From Amoeboradix gromovi X-113 (lineage: Eukaryota > Fungi > Sanchytriomycota): a stretch of 32,000 nt of DNA. Below the pieces are notes generated by a model. The model was not told the origin of the DNA. It did not search any database and worked only from the letters and a program-made list of their open reading frames with translations. The DNA is taken from assembly GCA_018985225.1 (NCBI GenBank), contig JADGIF010000018.1:7464-39463 (forward strand), written 5' to 3'. This document shows positions 1-10,223 of this stretch, one piece after another; the first letter of the stretch is position 1, and every line of letters begins with the position of its first letter. The position numbers and the translations under genes are program-made.

Positions 1-167
1 ATTTCTACAGTGATGGCTGAGATGCGTATATTCTATTATTGACCAATCTGAAATTTCATCAAAGTGTTCAATAATTACGGTGATCATCCCCTAAGTTTTG
101 ATTCAAGTAGTACAAACCAAACTTTAAAATTAAAAACTAGGAACCAGTTGTAATGTCGAAATATAAT

Positions 168-953
168 TTATTCATCCAAGTCAAACTTTTCTCTGGATTT
201 AGTGTTAAATAATGAAGAAACAGATGAAAAACGTCTCATTAAGGGATTTCCAGGAAGCTCTTGATATTGGGCTAGCTCTGATCCGCCAACAGTGCTCACA
301 AATGAGCTAGTTCTATATATCATATTTTCGGTATCCTTTCTTCTTTTCCATTTACAGTACAACGGAAAACAAAGAAGGAATATGATAGTCAGTATAACCA
401 GAACTATTCCAGATATTGCTAATGCTTTCTCAGTAACGTTCCGGGTATTTAGAAAATTACCGGCTCCAGATTTTGAGCAAGCAACCTGATTGGCACCACT
501 GCAACTTTTGCAAATATCATCCACTTCCAAAAGCCCGCAATTTCCAACTTTGTTATCCTCCAAAGATATGCAATTTGTGCCTTGCAAAGTGTTACAATCT
601 GGTTTCCATTTTAGTAATCTATTTCTGGCATCAGCAGATATTTTGCAGCTAGTCAAATTTAGAAGAGCGTATGAGTTTTGCAAAGTTAGGCAGTCGTCCC
701 TGCATATTCTTTGTGGAGGCTCCGCACAATAAGTGGAACTAGCAGCCAGGGAATCACAAAACACCGCGTTATAAACACTCATTGGAAATTTACATTTATC
801 AAGCATATCAACATCTGAGTTCATCAGATCTGAAATTTTACCATCAAGGCTGTTGTCTCCAACAATCTCTTTATAATACATCCCGCCTTTCAAAACTAGC
901 TGATTGTTCCATGCTGGGCATCTCAAAGAATTTTCAATCTTAAAGCAAACCAT
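168..953 (-). CDS. Cys-rich extracellular domain, single-pass membrane protein of unknown function (5' end may extend to 1037 via an 18-nt intron)
   Basis: 261-aa ORF with many Cys, one TM helix (ALAISGIVLVILTIIFLLCFPLY) followed by basic stop-transfer KWKRRK. No signal peptide in the ORF as called. Confidence 0.75.
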   Translation of the reverse strand: MVCFKIENSLRCPAWNNQLVLKGGMYYKEIVGDNSLDGKISDLMNSDVDMLDKCKFPMSVYNAVFCDSLAASSTYCAEPPQRICRDDCLTLQNSYALLNLTSCKISADARNRLLKWKPDCNTLQGTNCISLEDNKVGNCGLLEVDDICKSCSGANQVACSKSGAGNFLNTRNVTEKALAISGIVLVILTIIFLLCFPLYCKWKRRKDTENMIYRTSSFVSTVGGSELAQYQELPGNPLMRRFSSVSSLFNTKSREKFDLDE

Positions 954-1055
954 TCGAGACCTGTTTTACAAAATGTACCAAGGCACGTGTGACTTGCATA
1001 ATAGCGTATGGATAAGCACAAGAATTAGACGTTTTATCCTCTGGAAAATGCAATT

Positions 1056-1675
1056 GGGACACCAAATATAAAAACTAGACTAACTCGTTTTTAAAGGTGC
1101 ACCATACGGAGGAAGTGCTATCATTTATAAAAGATCTTCTTCTTTCAAACCAATTTTCTTTCATTACTCTCAATCCTCTTTTTAAAATAAAACTAGAAGA
1201 CCCTGCATCTCGTTCAAATACATGAGGTCTTTGAGCATCTAAGCAAAAGGTGCATTTTCTTAGACGGTACTCTTATCTATTTCATTCTCACAGACACTAC
1301 ATTTCTTTGATTTACTGGTGTATGAAAGCTTTTGCTTTCTCTTGGCCATAACTTTATCAGGAAAGGTCTCTATTTATGTGCAAGACAGTTCTTTCTGGAT
1401 AGTTCTTAAATGAAAATATACCCTATTATGAATCAGTATTATGAATCAGTATTGTGAATCAGAGGTTTATTTGAAATAAAGACTAAATGAAAGAGTATGA
1501 GAATAGCTGTACAGAATATTTATTTTTGAAATTTCGATACAAAGAGTTATTTATTTTCCTTTTATACTCGTCAGCTCTGCAACTAACTGAATGTCCACTC
1601 GCCTCTTGAATCCATAAAGTAATAAAGCTGAAATAATGTTCCAAGTTGTTATAGAAAGTTAGTCTTGTTTTTACA
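1056..1675 (-). mobile_element. MITE-like TIR element copy A (subfamily 1) carrying a Fanzor/TnpB 3' remnant; one end degraded
   Basis: Starts GGGACACCAAATATAAAAACTAGACTAA. The minus strand 1272-1075 is an open 66-codon frame EYRLRKCTFCLDAQRPHVFERDAGSSSFILKRGL...KNELV*, with SYTSKSKKCSVCENEIDK just upstream in another frame. Near-identical blocks occur at 6177 and 28616. Confidence 0.9.
1424..1462 (+). repeat. 3 x 13-bp tandem repeat inside element A
   Basis: TATTATGAATCAG TATTATGAATCAG TATTGTGAATCAG. Confidence 0.9.
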
Positions 1676-1678
1676 TGT

Positions 1679-2093
1679 GGGACATCAAATATAAAAACTA
1701 GACTAAATTTTCTTAAATAGTTTGAATCATTATTTCAAGTGCGTATTAACCGATAGTAAATTAAATTAGATTAATCTGACTGGTTCAAGCAAATTATTTT
1801 AGTATAAAAGCTTTTCATCCATCAAAATCTTGGAAACAATGACTAATAAGAAGAAGAGAAAACAAAAATAAGTTAAACGAAAGGTGGTAAGAAGAAAAAG
1901 GAACAGATAAGACACTCAAAGACCTTATTTGAAAGAGATAGTGGGTCATCTTGTTATATTTTAAAGAGAGGAATGACATTAACGAAAGAGAATTGGTTTG
2001 ATAGAAGAAGGACTTTTGTTAATAATAGTATTTCCTCTTTATGGAGCGCCTACCTTAAAAACGACTTGGTCTAGTTTTTATATTTGGTGTCCC
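1679..2093 (+). mobile_element. MITE-like TIR element copy B (subfamily 2) carrying a Fanzor/TnpB 3' remnant
   Basis: TIRs GGGACATCAAATATAAAAACTAGAC ... GTCTAGTTTTTATATTTGGTGTCCC. 1928-2074 reads FERDSGSSCYILKRGMTLTKENWFDRRRTFVNNSISSLWSAYLKNDLV*. Interior matches copy D. Confidence 0.9.
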
Positions 2094-2138
2094 ATAAGGA
2101 TTGAACCTGATTGCTCATGAACTTATCATTTTTCAAAC

Positions 2139-3993
2139 ATGGCAATTCAAATTTTAGAATTCCAAGAGGTTCCCAAGGAAATCAAAAAGCAGAGAGTTCG
2201 CCGCCGAATTTTATTGCTTTTTCCTTACTATCAACTAATTGCATTTATTCTTGTATTAGCTGGTTGTTTGTCTTGGTTTTTTTTACCTTTGTTGACGAAA
2301 CACACTTATGTCAGCGAAAATGCCCTACTTCCCGGTCAATCTAATTCTAAATTCAATCAATTCGATCTTATTAATGAATACCATAAGCAAATAAAAGGTA
2401 ATGTTACGCTACAGCAAGTTTACTCATTAATCAGTGATAATAAGCTACACAAATTGCATGCCTTGCATCCTCAATATTTCTTACTGAAGGCGGTTTCACC
2501 TCGTGGCGATGGATCTGAGAGTATATTATTGTATTCTACTATTCAATCACCGTATGCGTGCGCCCTGCTGCTGGCGTACTATAAAGATATCCAATCCCGC
2601 AATTATCTAGCCAAGGACTTGCTGATACTAATTACTGATAAGGAACCGACTGGGACGCACGAGTTTGTCAAAGAGTGGTACAACTCAAACAACAACATCA
2701 TCTGGAATCGGCCTGGTGAAATACAAGTTGCATTGGGTATTATGATGGACTCTCCAACTTTTAACACTTTCAATGTCAGGTTTACTGGTCATAATCCTAG
2801 GCTCCCAAACCTGGATGTGATAAACACTATTACGCGTATATCTACGATGTATAATCTTAGATTGAGTGTTCACAACTATCAGGCTGTTGGTATGAATACT
2901 TTTGTAGATTCGCTGCGTAGAATGGCCGCTATGATGTTTGATTTAATTATAGGTGATCCTACATATAGTCCGCACTCCAACTTTGCCAATGTTGGATTAG
3001 ACGCGGTTACAATTCATTGTACTAACATGAGTAGTGTTCTGTATGGGGTTCATAACGATGCTATATACAACATTAAACATGCTTCACTGTTGATTGATTT
3101 GACTAGTAGATCTTTCAACAATTTACTTGAAAAGTTCCATCAATCCTTTTATTTCTACATATTAGATTCTCCTACGAGTTACATCAGTATTATATACATG
3201 ATAATACCTATAGCACTGCTATTAAGCGCTTTGTTGATTACAGCTATCGCTACATGGTATTACAGTGATGTAACAACGGTCCAAAAGTATATACCAAATC
3301 ATACTAGCAAGTCTAGACCTGTTTTGAATGTTATCAAGTGCTTAATGGTACCTCTTAGCAACACTGTAGCATTGTTTGCTTTGATATCAGTACTTAAATC
3401 AGCAATACCTGACAATATAGTAACTTTTGCTAATTTAGTTGTTTGTAGTACATATAGTGGGCAGTATGATGATCCATGTAATTTACATACTAAAGAGTCA
3501 GGATATCCTGGAACTAGTGTTAGCTGACATAAACATACCATCAATGCAACAGCAGTACTGGCTAATGATGAAATGTACTATCTGCGTCTATATGATCTGT
3601 TTCATAATTGGTACTGGCACGTTCAATTATTACAGTAGCGCCGTATTGACTACTTTGATAGTGCCCATAGTGATATATGTTGGGCCACCAAGTAGCAACA
3701 ATCATTTGCAATCCATGAATTTGATACTGTTACTTATGAGTGCAAGTGGATTATTTATTACTACTCAAAGTCTGCAAATGATTAATTGGAAATGGATCAA
3801 CGGAATACTAGAGCTCGTTGGTGCAAATTTGGATATATATATGGATGTAGACATTCCTGTACTGTGGTTGGGTTTATTTAAAAAATGGTTCAAATTTGGA
3901 AATCCGTTTTATCCGTTTCTGACTGTAGGATACCAAGCGGCAATATTGGGTTGTGTGATGATAGTTAATGGGTTCGAATTCAATATGGTTTAG
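2139..3993 (+). CDS. GAA1: GPI transamidase subunit Gaa1, exons 2139-3419 + 3439-3993 (611 aa)
   Basis: TYVSENALLPG, YLAKDLL, LPNLDVIN and RSFNNLLEKFHQSFYFYIL motifs. Removing a 19-nt intron joins the two ORFs in frame and restores the C-terminal TM bundle. Confidence 0.93.
3420..3438 (+). other. 19-nt GT-AG spliceosomal intron (GAA1)
   Basis: GTAACTTTTGCTAATTTAG; phase 0; CTAAT branch motif; restores the frame. Confidence 0.85.
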
Positions 3994-4098
3994 CTTTCAA
4001 TAAAAAGTTTATTTAATATGGCAAAAAGGCAAAGATCTATGAAAAATTGAACTTGCAGTTGCCGCATTAATGCAGGATAACTGATTTAGCACTTATTA

Positions 4099-4375
4099 TT
4101 AAAGCCCTGGCTTTTTAAAAACAAAAAAATTCCATGGAGATACTAGCAGTAGTAATACATCCATTTCAGTTATTGTTCGCTTATCTACAACTTTGAGACG
4201 GGATTGGGTAGGTTAGAACACCTTTCAAGTATATGATATCTATCCACTTCCAACTAACGCATTAAACATTTATGTTTCTCCAAATTGGTATTCTACAAGG
4301 TCCCACACCTTGTGCACATGTGACTAGTTAATGCTTCATGGTATTCTAATAAATTTCTTTCCCCTTTCTACACAC
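4099..4375 (-). pseudogene. TnpB/Fanzor2-like C-terminal relic with conserved downstream motifs
   Basis: Minus strand reads EYHEALTSHMCTRCGTL*NTNLEKHKCLMR*LEVDRYH, then CCTACCCAATCCCGTC...ACTGCTAGTATCTCCATGGAAT...AAAGCCAGGGCTTTAA, paralleling 15930-16044. Confidence 0.75.
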
Positions 4376-4535
4376 TAGGACTCTATAATTAGACCGGTTA
4401 TTGATTGTAGGAAAATGTATTTTGTATCACTTGGTGATCTCTTTAGCTGAAGCTTTGCAGCTGAGATGATTTGGAGACATTTTTCATATGAGAAGAACTC
4501 AAATTAAGTTTATTTATTTTCATCTCCATAAAACA

Positions 4536-6110
4536 ATGGAAGACCAACAGTATTCTAGAACTCGTCCTTCTAATCGAGGCTCTACTCGCGGCAGATACAA
4601 CAACACCGATTATAGACCTCGAAGTAGATCCAATGACGATGGTTATCGCCCTCGCGGAAGCAATTACAATAAGCAAGATAACGACAGTACCAGTGGTGCT
4701 CCTTATCGCAGTAACTATAAAGGTAACAATTATGATGCTAAATATCGCAGTACTCGCCCTAGTCGTCCTAGTTCAGATGGTTTTAGTTACACAGCTCCTA
4801 GATATTCAGATGATTCTACTTATCGTCCTAGATACAACAACGCTGATACTTCATATAGACCTAGGTACAATAGTGGAGATAGCAGACCTAGAACATCGAA
4901 TTATCAGCCTAGATCCAACAGATACAGCAATGATAGACAACCCATAGACACTCCTGAGCTGTTATCTACATTTTCTAGTATAGTTCAACACCGTTACCGT
5001 CAAGATATTAATGTTTTGAATCTCAGCAATATCGACAATGATCCCTTAATTAGAAACAAACAAATCAAGTTGTTCGAAGTTCAGTCGAGCGCTATGCCTT
5101 CTCTGATTAAATATTTAGCCAACACCTTGCCTACATTAGAAACTATAGATCTTAGCTCGAATCCTATCAAATCTACAGCCTGCTTGTTTCATCTGGACTC
5201 TTTGAAGCATTTAATCAACCTAAGTTTACAAGGTACTGGAATTCGCTTCTATCATGATTTAGACCATGTGTCTCTTAACTTGAAAAATTTAATGTTGAAG
5301 GATACCCCATTGTACGTGAGTGAACTAAGCAAGGGTGGCACCTACTACCAGGACGAGATACTGAAACGATTCCCTACGCTTAAGATACTGGATGATGTGC
5401 CTATTAAAGGCATTGAGTTTGATGTGCCCGCAAACCTGTTTCCGGTTACTATTCTTCCTAGCTGTATAACCAGTGATCAAATCTATGATTTTATTGGAAA
5501 GTATTTCGCTACCTTTGACACAAACAGAGACATATTGCAACAGGTTTACGAGCATGACGCATATTTCTCTATACAGCTAAATAAGCCAAAAAATGCTTTG
5601 ATGAGCGATTACTCGCAATATAACAACATGAGTAGGAATTTGAAATACAACAAGGATAGTCAAAAAAGGTTTAATATGCTGTATTATGGAAACGAGATTG
5701 GCCCAGCATTGATGCAGCTACCGGGTACTATACATTCATTTTTAGTAGATCCTAGTAAGATTCTATGCGACTCTTTAGGAATGATGATAATAATACATGG
5801 AGAATTCCAGGACTTGTCGACTTCGCTTATGATAGGGTTCGATAGGCTGTTTTTGTTAACAAACGAGTTTAAAATAAAGAGCGATATGCTGACTATTAGA
5901 GAAACAAGCGTTTTGCCATTAACGAGACCTGTAGATATTACAAATGAACAGTTTGAGTTAGTAAAGCAATTTATCAAGGAAACCGGAATGAATATGGCAT
6001 TTAGTATTTTATGCTTGAAGGAGCACATGTACGATATTAACAGATCAAAAGAGACATTCTACAAAGTAAAGGAGAGTGGGCAGTTGCCACCAGACGCGTT
6101 CTCAATATAG
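4536..6110 (+). CDS. MEX67: mRNA export receptor Mex67/NXF1
   Basis: LRR (LETIDLSSNPI, ILKRFPTLKILD), NTF2-like (FIGKYFATFDTNR..L..VY..DAYFS; SRNL; IIHGEF; FDR) and C-terminal UBA (ETGMNMAFSILCL...LPPDAF). The ATG at 4536 follows an AT-rich leader. Confidence 0.93.
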   Translation: MEDQQYSRTRPSNRGSTRGRYNNTDYRPRSRSNDDGYRPRGSNYNKQDNDSTSGAPYRSNYKGNNYDAKYRSTRPSRPSSDGFSYTAPRYSDDSTYRPRYNNADTSYRPRYNSGDSRPRTSNYQPRSNRYSNDRQPIDTPELLSTFSSIVQHRYRQDINVLNLSNIDNDPLIRNKQIKLFEVQSSAMPSLIKYLANTLPTLETIDLSSNPIKSTACLFHLDSLKHLINLSLQGTGIRFYHDLDHVSLNLKNLMLKDTPLYVSELSKGGTYYQDEILKRFPTLKILDDVPIKGIEFDVPANLFPVTILPSCITSDQIYDFIGKYFATFDTNRDILQQVYEHDAYFSIQLNKPKNALMSDYSQYNNMSRNLKYNKDSQKRFNMLYYGNEIGPALMQLPGTIHSFLVDPSKILCDSLGMMIIIHGEFQDLSTSLMIGFDRLFLLTNEFKIKSDMLTIRETSVLPLTRPVDITNEQFELVKQFIKETGMNMAFSILCLKEHMYDINRSKETFYKVKESGQLPPDAFSI

Positions 6111-6176
6111 CACCACCAGAAGTTAATTTGCGATTTAACTGAAATAAATTTTATTAATTAAATGCTCTTTCTTATT

Positions 6177-6652
6177 GGGACACCAAATATAAAAACTAGA
6201 CTAACTCGTTTTTAAAGACGGTGCTCCATACGCAGGAAATGCTATCATTAATAAAAGATCTTCTATTATACCAATTTTCTTTCATTGATTGTATTCCTCT
6301 TTTTAAAATAAACTAGAAGACCCTGCATCTCGTTCAAATATATGAGGTCTTTGAGCATCTAAGCAAAAGGTGCATTTTCTTAGACGGTACTCTTTTCTAG
6401 AGTCATTATGTAATGTTATGCTAACATCATTACTCTTATCTATTTCTTTGGAGTGTAGTAGTGATATTTTATTTGAAATAAAGATTGGATGAAAGAGTAA
6501 GAGAATAGCTGTACAGAATATTTATTTTCCTTTTATACTCGTCAACTCCGCAACTAGCTGAATGTCCACTCGCCTCTTAAATCCATAAAACTAATATAGC
6601 TGAAATAATGTTCCAAGTTGTTGCAGAAAGTTAGTCCAGTTTTTATATTCCC
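6177..6652 (-). mobile_element. MITE-like TIR element copy C (subfamily 1) with Fanzor 3' remnant
   Basis: Same GGGACACC TIR; the other TIR has a short deletion (TTTTTATATT-CCC). Minus strand reads EIDKSNDVSITLHNDSRKEYRLRKCTFCLDAQRPHIFERDAGSS. Confidence 0.9.
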
Positions 6653-6793
6653 GTATGTAAAAATCAAAAATCTCTTGAATAGTCTTTAAGTAGATACATA
6701 ATTATAAACAACAGCGTTACTTAGCAATCTAGCGAAATTGCTGAAAATGGTCATTTCCTTGTAGAAATTTATTGACAAGCAAGACACGGAGTA

Positions 6794-7087
6794 ATGATTG
6801 AAAAGTTGAAAAGAATTCCATTCGAATATAGATTAAAGAGGCTGCTATACAACTGTAGAAAACGAGGAATACTTGAAAATGAGCTAATTCTCACAAACTA
6901 CCTCAAGGATAATCCTATAGATGAAAAAGAAATTTCTCTGATGGAGACTTTCCTTATGAGACCAGATTGGACGTTGTATAAAGAGATGACTGGCCATGGT
7001 GCCACTGGACTTATGGGCAAGTTGCAAGCATACACTCATCGACGGAGACCTTTACGAATGCCGGACTTGTCTTCATTTAGGCAATAA
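6794..7087 (+). CDS. SDH5: Succinate dehydrogenase assembly factor 2 (Sdh5/Emi5/SDHAF2)
   Basis: KRLLYNCRKRGILENELIL (RGxxE motif) and PDWTLY. Confidence 0.9.
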   Translation: MIEKLKRIPFEYRLKRLLYNCRKRGILENELILTNYLKDNPIDEKEISLMETFLMRPDWTLYKEMTGHGATGLMGKLQAYTHRRRPLRMPDLSSFRQ

Positions 7088-7089
7088 AT

Positions 7090-7758
7090 TTACTTTTTAT
7101 ATAACTTGATTGTTTTACAGCTGAATGTGAGCAAGAATAGCAAGCAAATGATGTACCCGCACACTATGAGCCAATTTGAGATACTGCATGCCTCTTTCCA
7201 GACGCGTTGATGCTTTACCGAGTTATCATATGCTGCTTTGCACACGATCCCACGTATGCTGATTACGTTATTGTCATCCTTTATAGGAAAGAGATAACCC
7301 TGCGATGACCCCACCCACACCATCAAAAATGCAAACTCGGTGAAAAGAACGGCTCTGATCCCGTAGTAGCTCACTTTTTTCCTGCTGAAATGCCTGTCTT
7401 TAATGCTTTGTTCGCTCACCGTTGTGCATTGGCTACTCCTAGCAGAGTCTGCTCGTTCTAATGATTTTGGCAAGTCGTTCCTTTCCTCATCACCCGATTG
7501 CTGCATATCTCTGCTTGCTAGCTTGACGCCTGCCAGGTAGATCGCGCAGTAGACTATGGTTATCACAGTCCAAACTAACTTGAAGTCCATTCGGAAAGTG
7601 TAAACCTGATCTAAAGTAGGATAGGAAATGGTGGGCAGTGATACCATGTATTTGTTGAGAATTTCCTGATTTCTATTTATCAGCAAAATTATTACCACCA
7701 TGACGCTGATTTTGAGAGCTTTCGGGACATATTTGAAGTTATGAAGCTTATTAAACAT
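7090..7758 (-). CDS. 4-TM membrane protein of unknown family, paralog 1
   Basis: Four hydrophobic segments; shares YP..VYTFR.DF, YLFPI, VCKAA.D and W.EAC with 12867 and 16783. Confidence 0.8.
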   Translation of the reverse strand: MFNKLHNFKYVPKALKISVMVVIILLINRNQEILNKYMVSLPTISYPTLDQVYTFRMDFKLVWTVITIVYCAIYLAGVKLASRDMQQSGDEERNDLPKSLERADSARSSQCTTVSEQSIKDRHFSRKKVSYYGIRAVLFTEFAFLMVWVGSSQGYLFPIKDDNNVISIRGIVCKAAYDNSVKHQRVWKEACSISNWLIVCGYIICLLFLLTFSCKTIKLYKK

Positions 7759-7946
7759 TTGGCCTATTTACTTCAGCAGCTCTACAATCAAGGACTGAGT
7801 ACAATCTTGCTTAACGGTCGGCTCCCTAGTTGCGTATAATGTGAGATAAAGTTGATTAAATCAAAACAATGAGAAAACAAATGCTAACTAAAATTTAACC
7901 AAAGGTGAGAAAGAGCCGTAGAAGCAATAAGTATTTCCTATAAGTT

Positions 7947-8320
7947 TTGGGTGAATTATATCAGATTCCCCAAGTAGACAAGAGAGCAGAGTTTTTCTCC
8001 TTGTTAAAAGTCCTGATTTTCGAACATATCAAAAATTTCCACAGTGAGACTGAAAAAGCCAGTAACTCTATTACAATGGTGGATCACGCTTCCACTACAC
8101 TGAGGCGAGATCGAATCAGGATGCATACAAGAATGGAATCCCAGCTGCCATATGCTCGCTGTCTCTCTGAGTTTATATTGTCTTTTATATTTATCGTTTC
8201 TTACTCTGGTGATTTGGACCTAGTTGTAATTGGTAATAAGAAAGAGTGTCGAGCTTTCATTTAGTCAGGAAAGTCTAAAAAAGAGCATACTGGAGAGATA
8301 CTACTTATCTGATTACCATA
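7947..8320 (+). pseudogene. Possible degraded MULE-like transposase fragment
   Basis: Frameshifted pieces DAYKNGIPAAICSLS and DLVVIGNKKECRAF loosely resemble the MULE DDE-domain G.P.A and D....E..A motifs. The ORF has no ATG start. Weak. Confidence 0.2.
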
Positions 8321-8396
8321 ACTTGTTGTTTTAATTAAAATATATATCTATTAGCTTTTTATACTTGAATAAGCAAAAAATTTAATTTTTTCATAC

Positions 8397-10223
8397 ATGT
8401 GGCAACAACGTCCTCCACTGCCTGTAATGAATCTTAAAGAATCATTAGACATATACAAAACCATCCTGCGTCCATTGTTGTCAGAGCAAGAGTATGCTGT
8501 AGCTCTTCGTAAAATTAATATTTTTGAAAAGGGAATCGGTATGGAGTTACAGAAACGATTAGTTGAATATGGCGCTACTCAAGACAACTGGTTGGATAAG
8601 TTGTGGTTAGACATCGGCTATCATCAATGGCGTGCCCCTCTGATGATTAATTCAAATTGGTGGATTCTAATTAAGCCTCCTATCAATCCTGCACCCAAGG
8701 GTCCTTTAAGTCGCATAGCTCTCTTTTCCTGCTCTATTTTGCATTACCGTGCTAGCGTCAAGAATCAAGCTATTCCGCAAGAAGACGGTCTTTGCATGTC
8801 ACAATATAACAATTTGTTTGCTCATCGTCACCCTAATTCTAAACAGGATTCACTCAGTATCATGAACAGTGACTTCATAATAGTACTGATTCAAAATCAA
8901 TGCTTCAAGGTACCTGTGTATATAAACAATTCCATAATCTCGCCATTCTCGCTATATCTTGCATTTCAACAATGTTTGTCTGTTTTACAGGGTATCAAGC
9001 ATTCTCCTAATGTACCCTTGCTTACCTCAATGGACAGGGATACCTGGTCCGTTGCCTATAAACACCTTTCCTCTATTCACGTTGTTAACAAACAGTCTCT
9101 TAGTGCTATTGAACAAGGCCTTTTTTGTGTCTCTTTGGATGATTTAACAGGTGACGGATACGACCAAAATCTAGCTATAATTGCACATGGTATGGATGGC
9201 AACAACAGGTGGTTTGACAAATCGCTAAACGTAATTTGTTGTAAGGATGGTACTGTTGGTATAAACGGCGAACATAGTCCATGCGATGCTTTAATACCTT
9301 CTTATATGTTCCATGAATGTTGGTATATGGAATCAAAGCTCCCATTTACCAGCACTGGAAGCAATGTTAAAGTTGAGCATTTGGCATTTGTGACAGACAA
9401 TGTTATGAACACATTTATCAAACAAGCGCAAAAACACGCTAGTATGCTATGCTCAACTTCTGAATGTGGTGTAGCTCATTTCAAATCTTTTGGCAAGGAA
9501 TTCATGAAGTCTGCTAAAATGTCACCAGACACCTTTATTCAGCTATCCTTCCAGTGGACGTGGTATAGGCTACATAGGTGTATAACCAGCACATATGAGA
9601 CTGCGTCTACCCGCAAGTTCCACAAAGGCAGAACTGAGACATGTAGAACCGTAAGTAGTGCATGTGTAGCGTGGGTCAAATCAATGGATTCTCAGTTGTC
9701 AACCAAGGAAGGGTACCAATTAATGTTAGAGGCTGCTAAATCCCACAAAGACTATATTATAAAGGCTAGTAACGGTGTAGGATGTGACCGACATTTATTT
9801 GGACTCCGATTGATGCTGAAACAGCATGAACAAGTTCCAGAGATGTTTTCAGATCCATCTTTTAGTGTAGCCAATGGATACGGCTTGAGTACATCGCAGT
9901 TGGGATCAAAGACATATGAATACGCAATAGCAACTGGATTTGGTAGTGCCATCAGTAAGGGGTATGGATTAAATTATTTTATAGCTCCTGATCACGTAAA
10001 AGTAGGAATCGAATGCAAAATCAACAACGAAGTCCAGGATATACATGATGTTTATAGAGTGATGAGATTTAAGCAAGCTTGGATGGAAACTATGATGGAT
10101 ATGAAGTTTATTGTAGAGAACAATGAGAACGATAGGCTCAAGGTCCCAAGACCTCAAGGATGGTATGAGGAACCAGAACACGAGCAAGGGAACAGTGCTT
10201 ATCCAAGAGTATCTAAGTTGTAA
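8397..10223 (+). CDS. Carnitine O-acetyl/acyltransferase with PTS1
   Basis: PPLPV..L, NWL..LW, NRWFDKS, catalytic EHSPCDA, YETASTRKFHKGRTET, GCDRHLFGL, LSTSQ; ends in SKL*. Confidence 0.95.
   Translation: MWQQRPPLPVMNLKESLDIYKTILRPLLSEQEYAVALRKINIFEKGIGMELQKRLVEYGATQDNWLDKLWLDIGYHQWRAPLMINSNWWILIKPPINPAPKGPLSRIALFSCSILHYRASVKNQAIPQEDGLCMSQYNNLFAHRHPNSKQDSLSIMNSDFIIVLIQNQCFKVPVYINNSIISPFSLYLAFQQCLSVLQGIKHSPNVPLLTSMDRDTWSVAYKHLSSIHVVNKQSLSAIEQGLFCVSLDDLTGDGYDQNLAIIAHGMDGNNRWFDKSLNVICCKDGTVGINGEHSPCDALIPSYMFHECWYMESKLPFTSTGSNVKVEHLAFVTDNVMNTFIKQAQKHASMLCSTSECGVAHFKSFGKEFMKSAKMSPDTFIQLSFQWTWYRLHRCITSTYETASTRKFHKGRTETCRTVSSACVAWVKSMDSQLSTKEGYQLMLEAAKSHKDYIIKASNGVGCDRHLFGLRLMLKQHEQVPEMFSDPSFSVANGYGLSTSQLGSKTYEYAIATGFGSAISKGYGLNYFIAPDHVKVGIECKINNEVQDIHDVYRVMRFKQAWMETMMDMKFIVENNENDRLKVPRPQGWYEEPEHEQGNSAYPRVSKL

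Noticed and set aside
1424-1462. CRISPR-like array
   Set aside because: Three contiguous 13-bp units with no spacers; a simple tandem duplication.
3420-3527. GAA1, PPM1, SET2 and PacC-like as frameshifted pseudogenes or programmed frameshifts
   Set aside because: Each break has a 19-nt G(T/C)...TAG segment that restores the frame exactly.
6761-6779. 19-nt GTAGAAATTTATTGACAAG as an intron extending SDH5 from ATG 6747
   Set aside because: Splicing leaves ATG 6747 out of frame with the SDH5 ORF.
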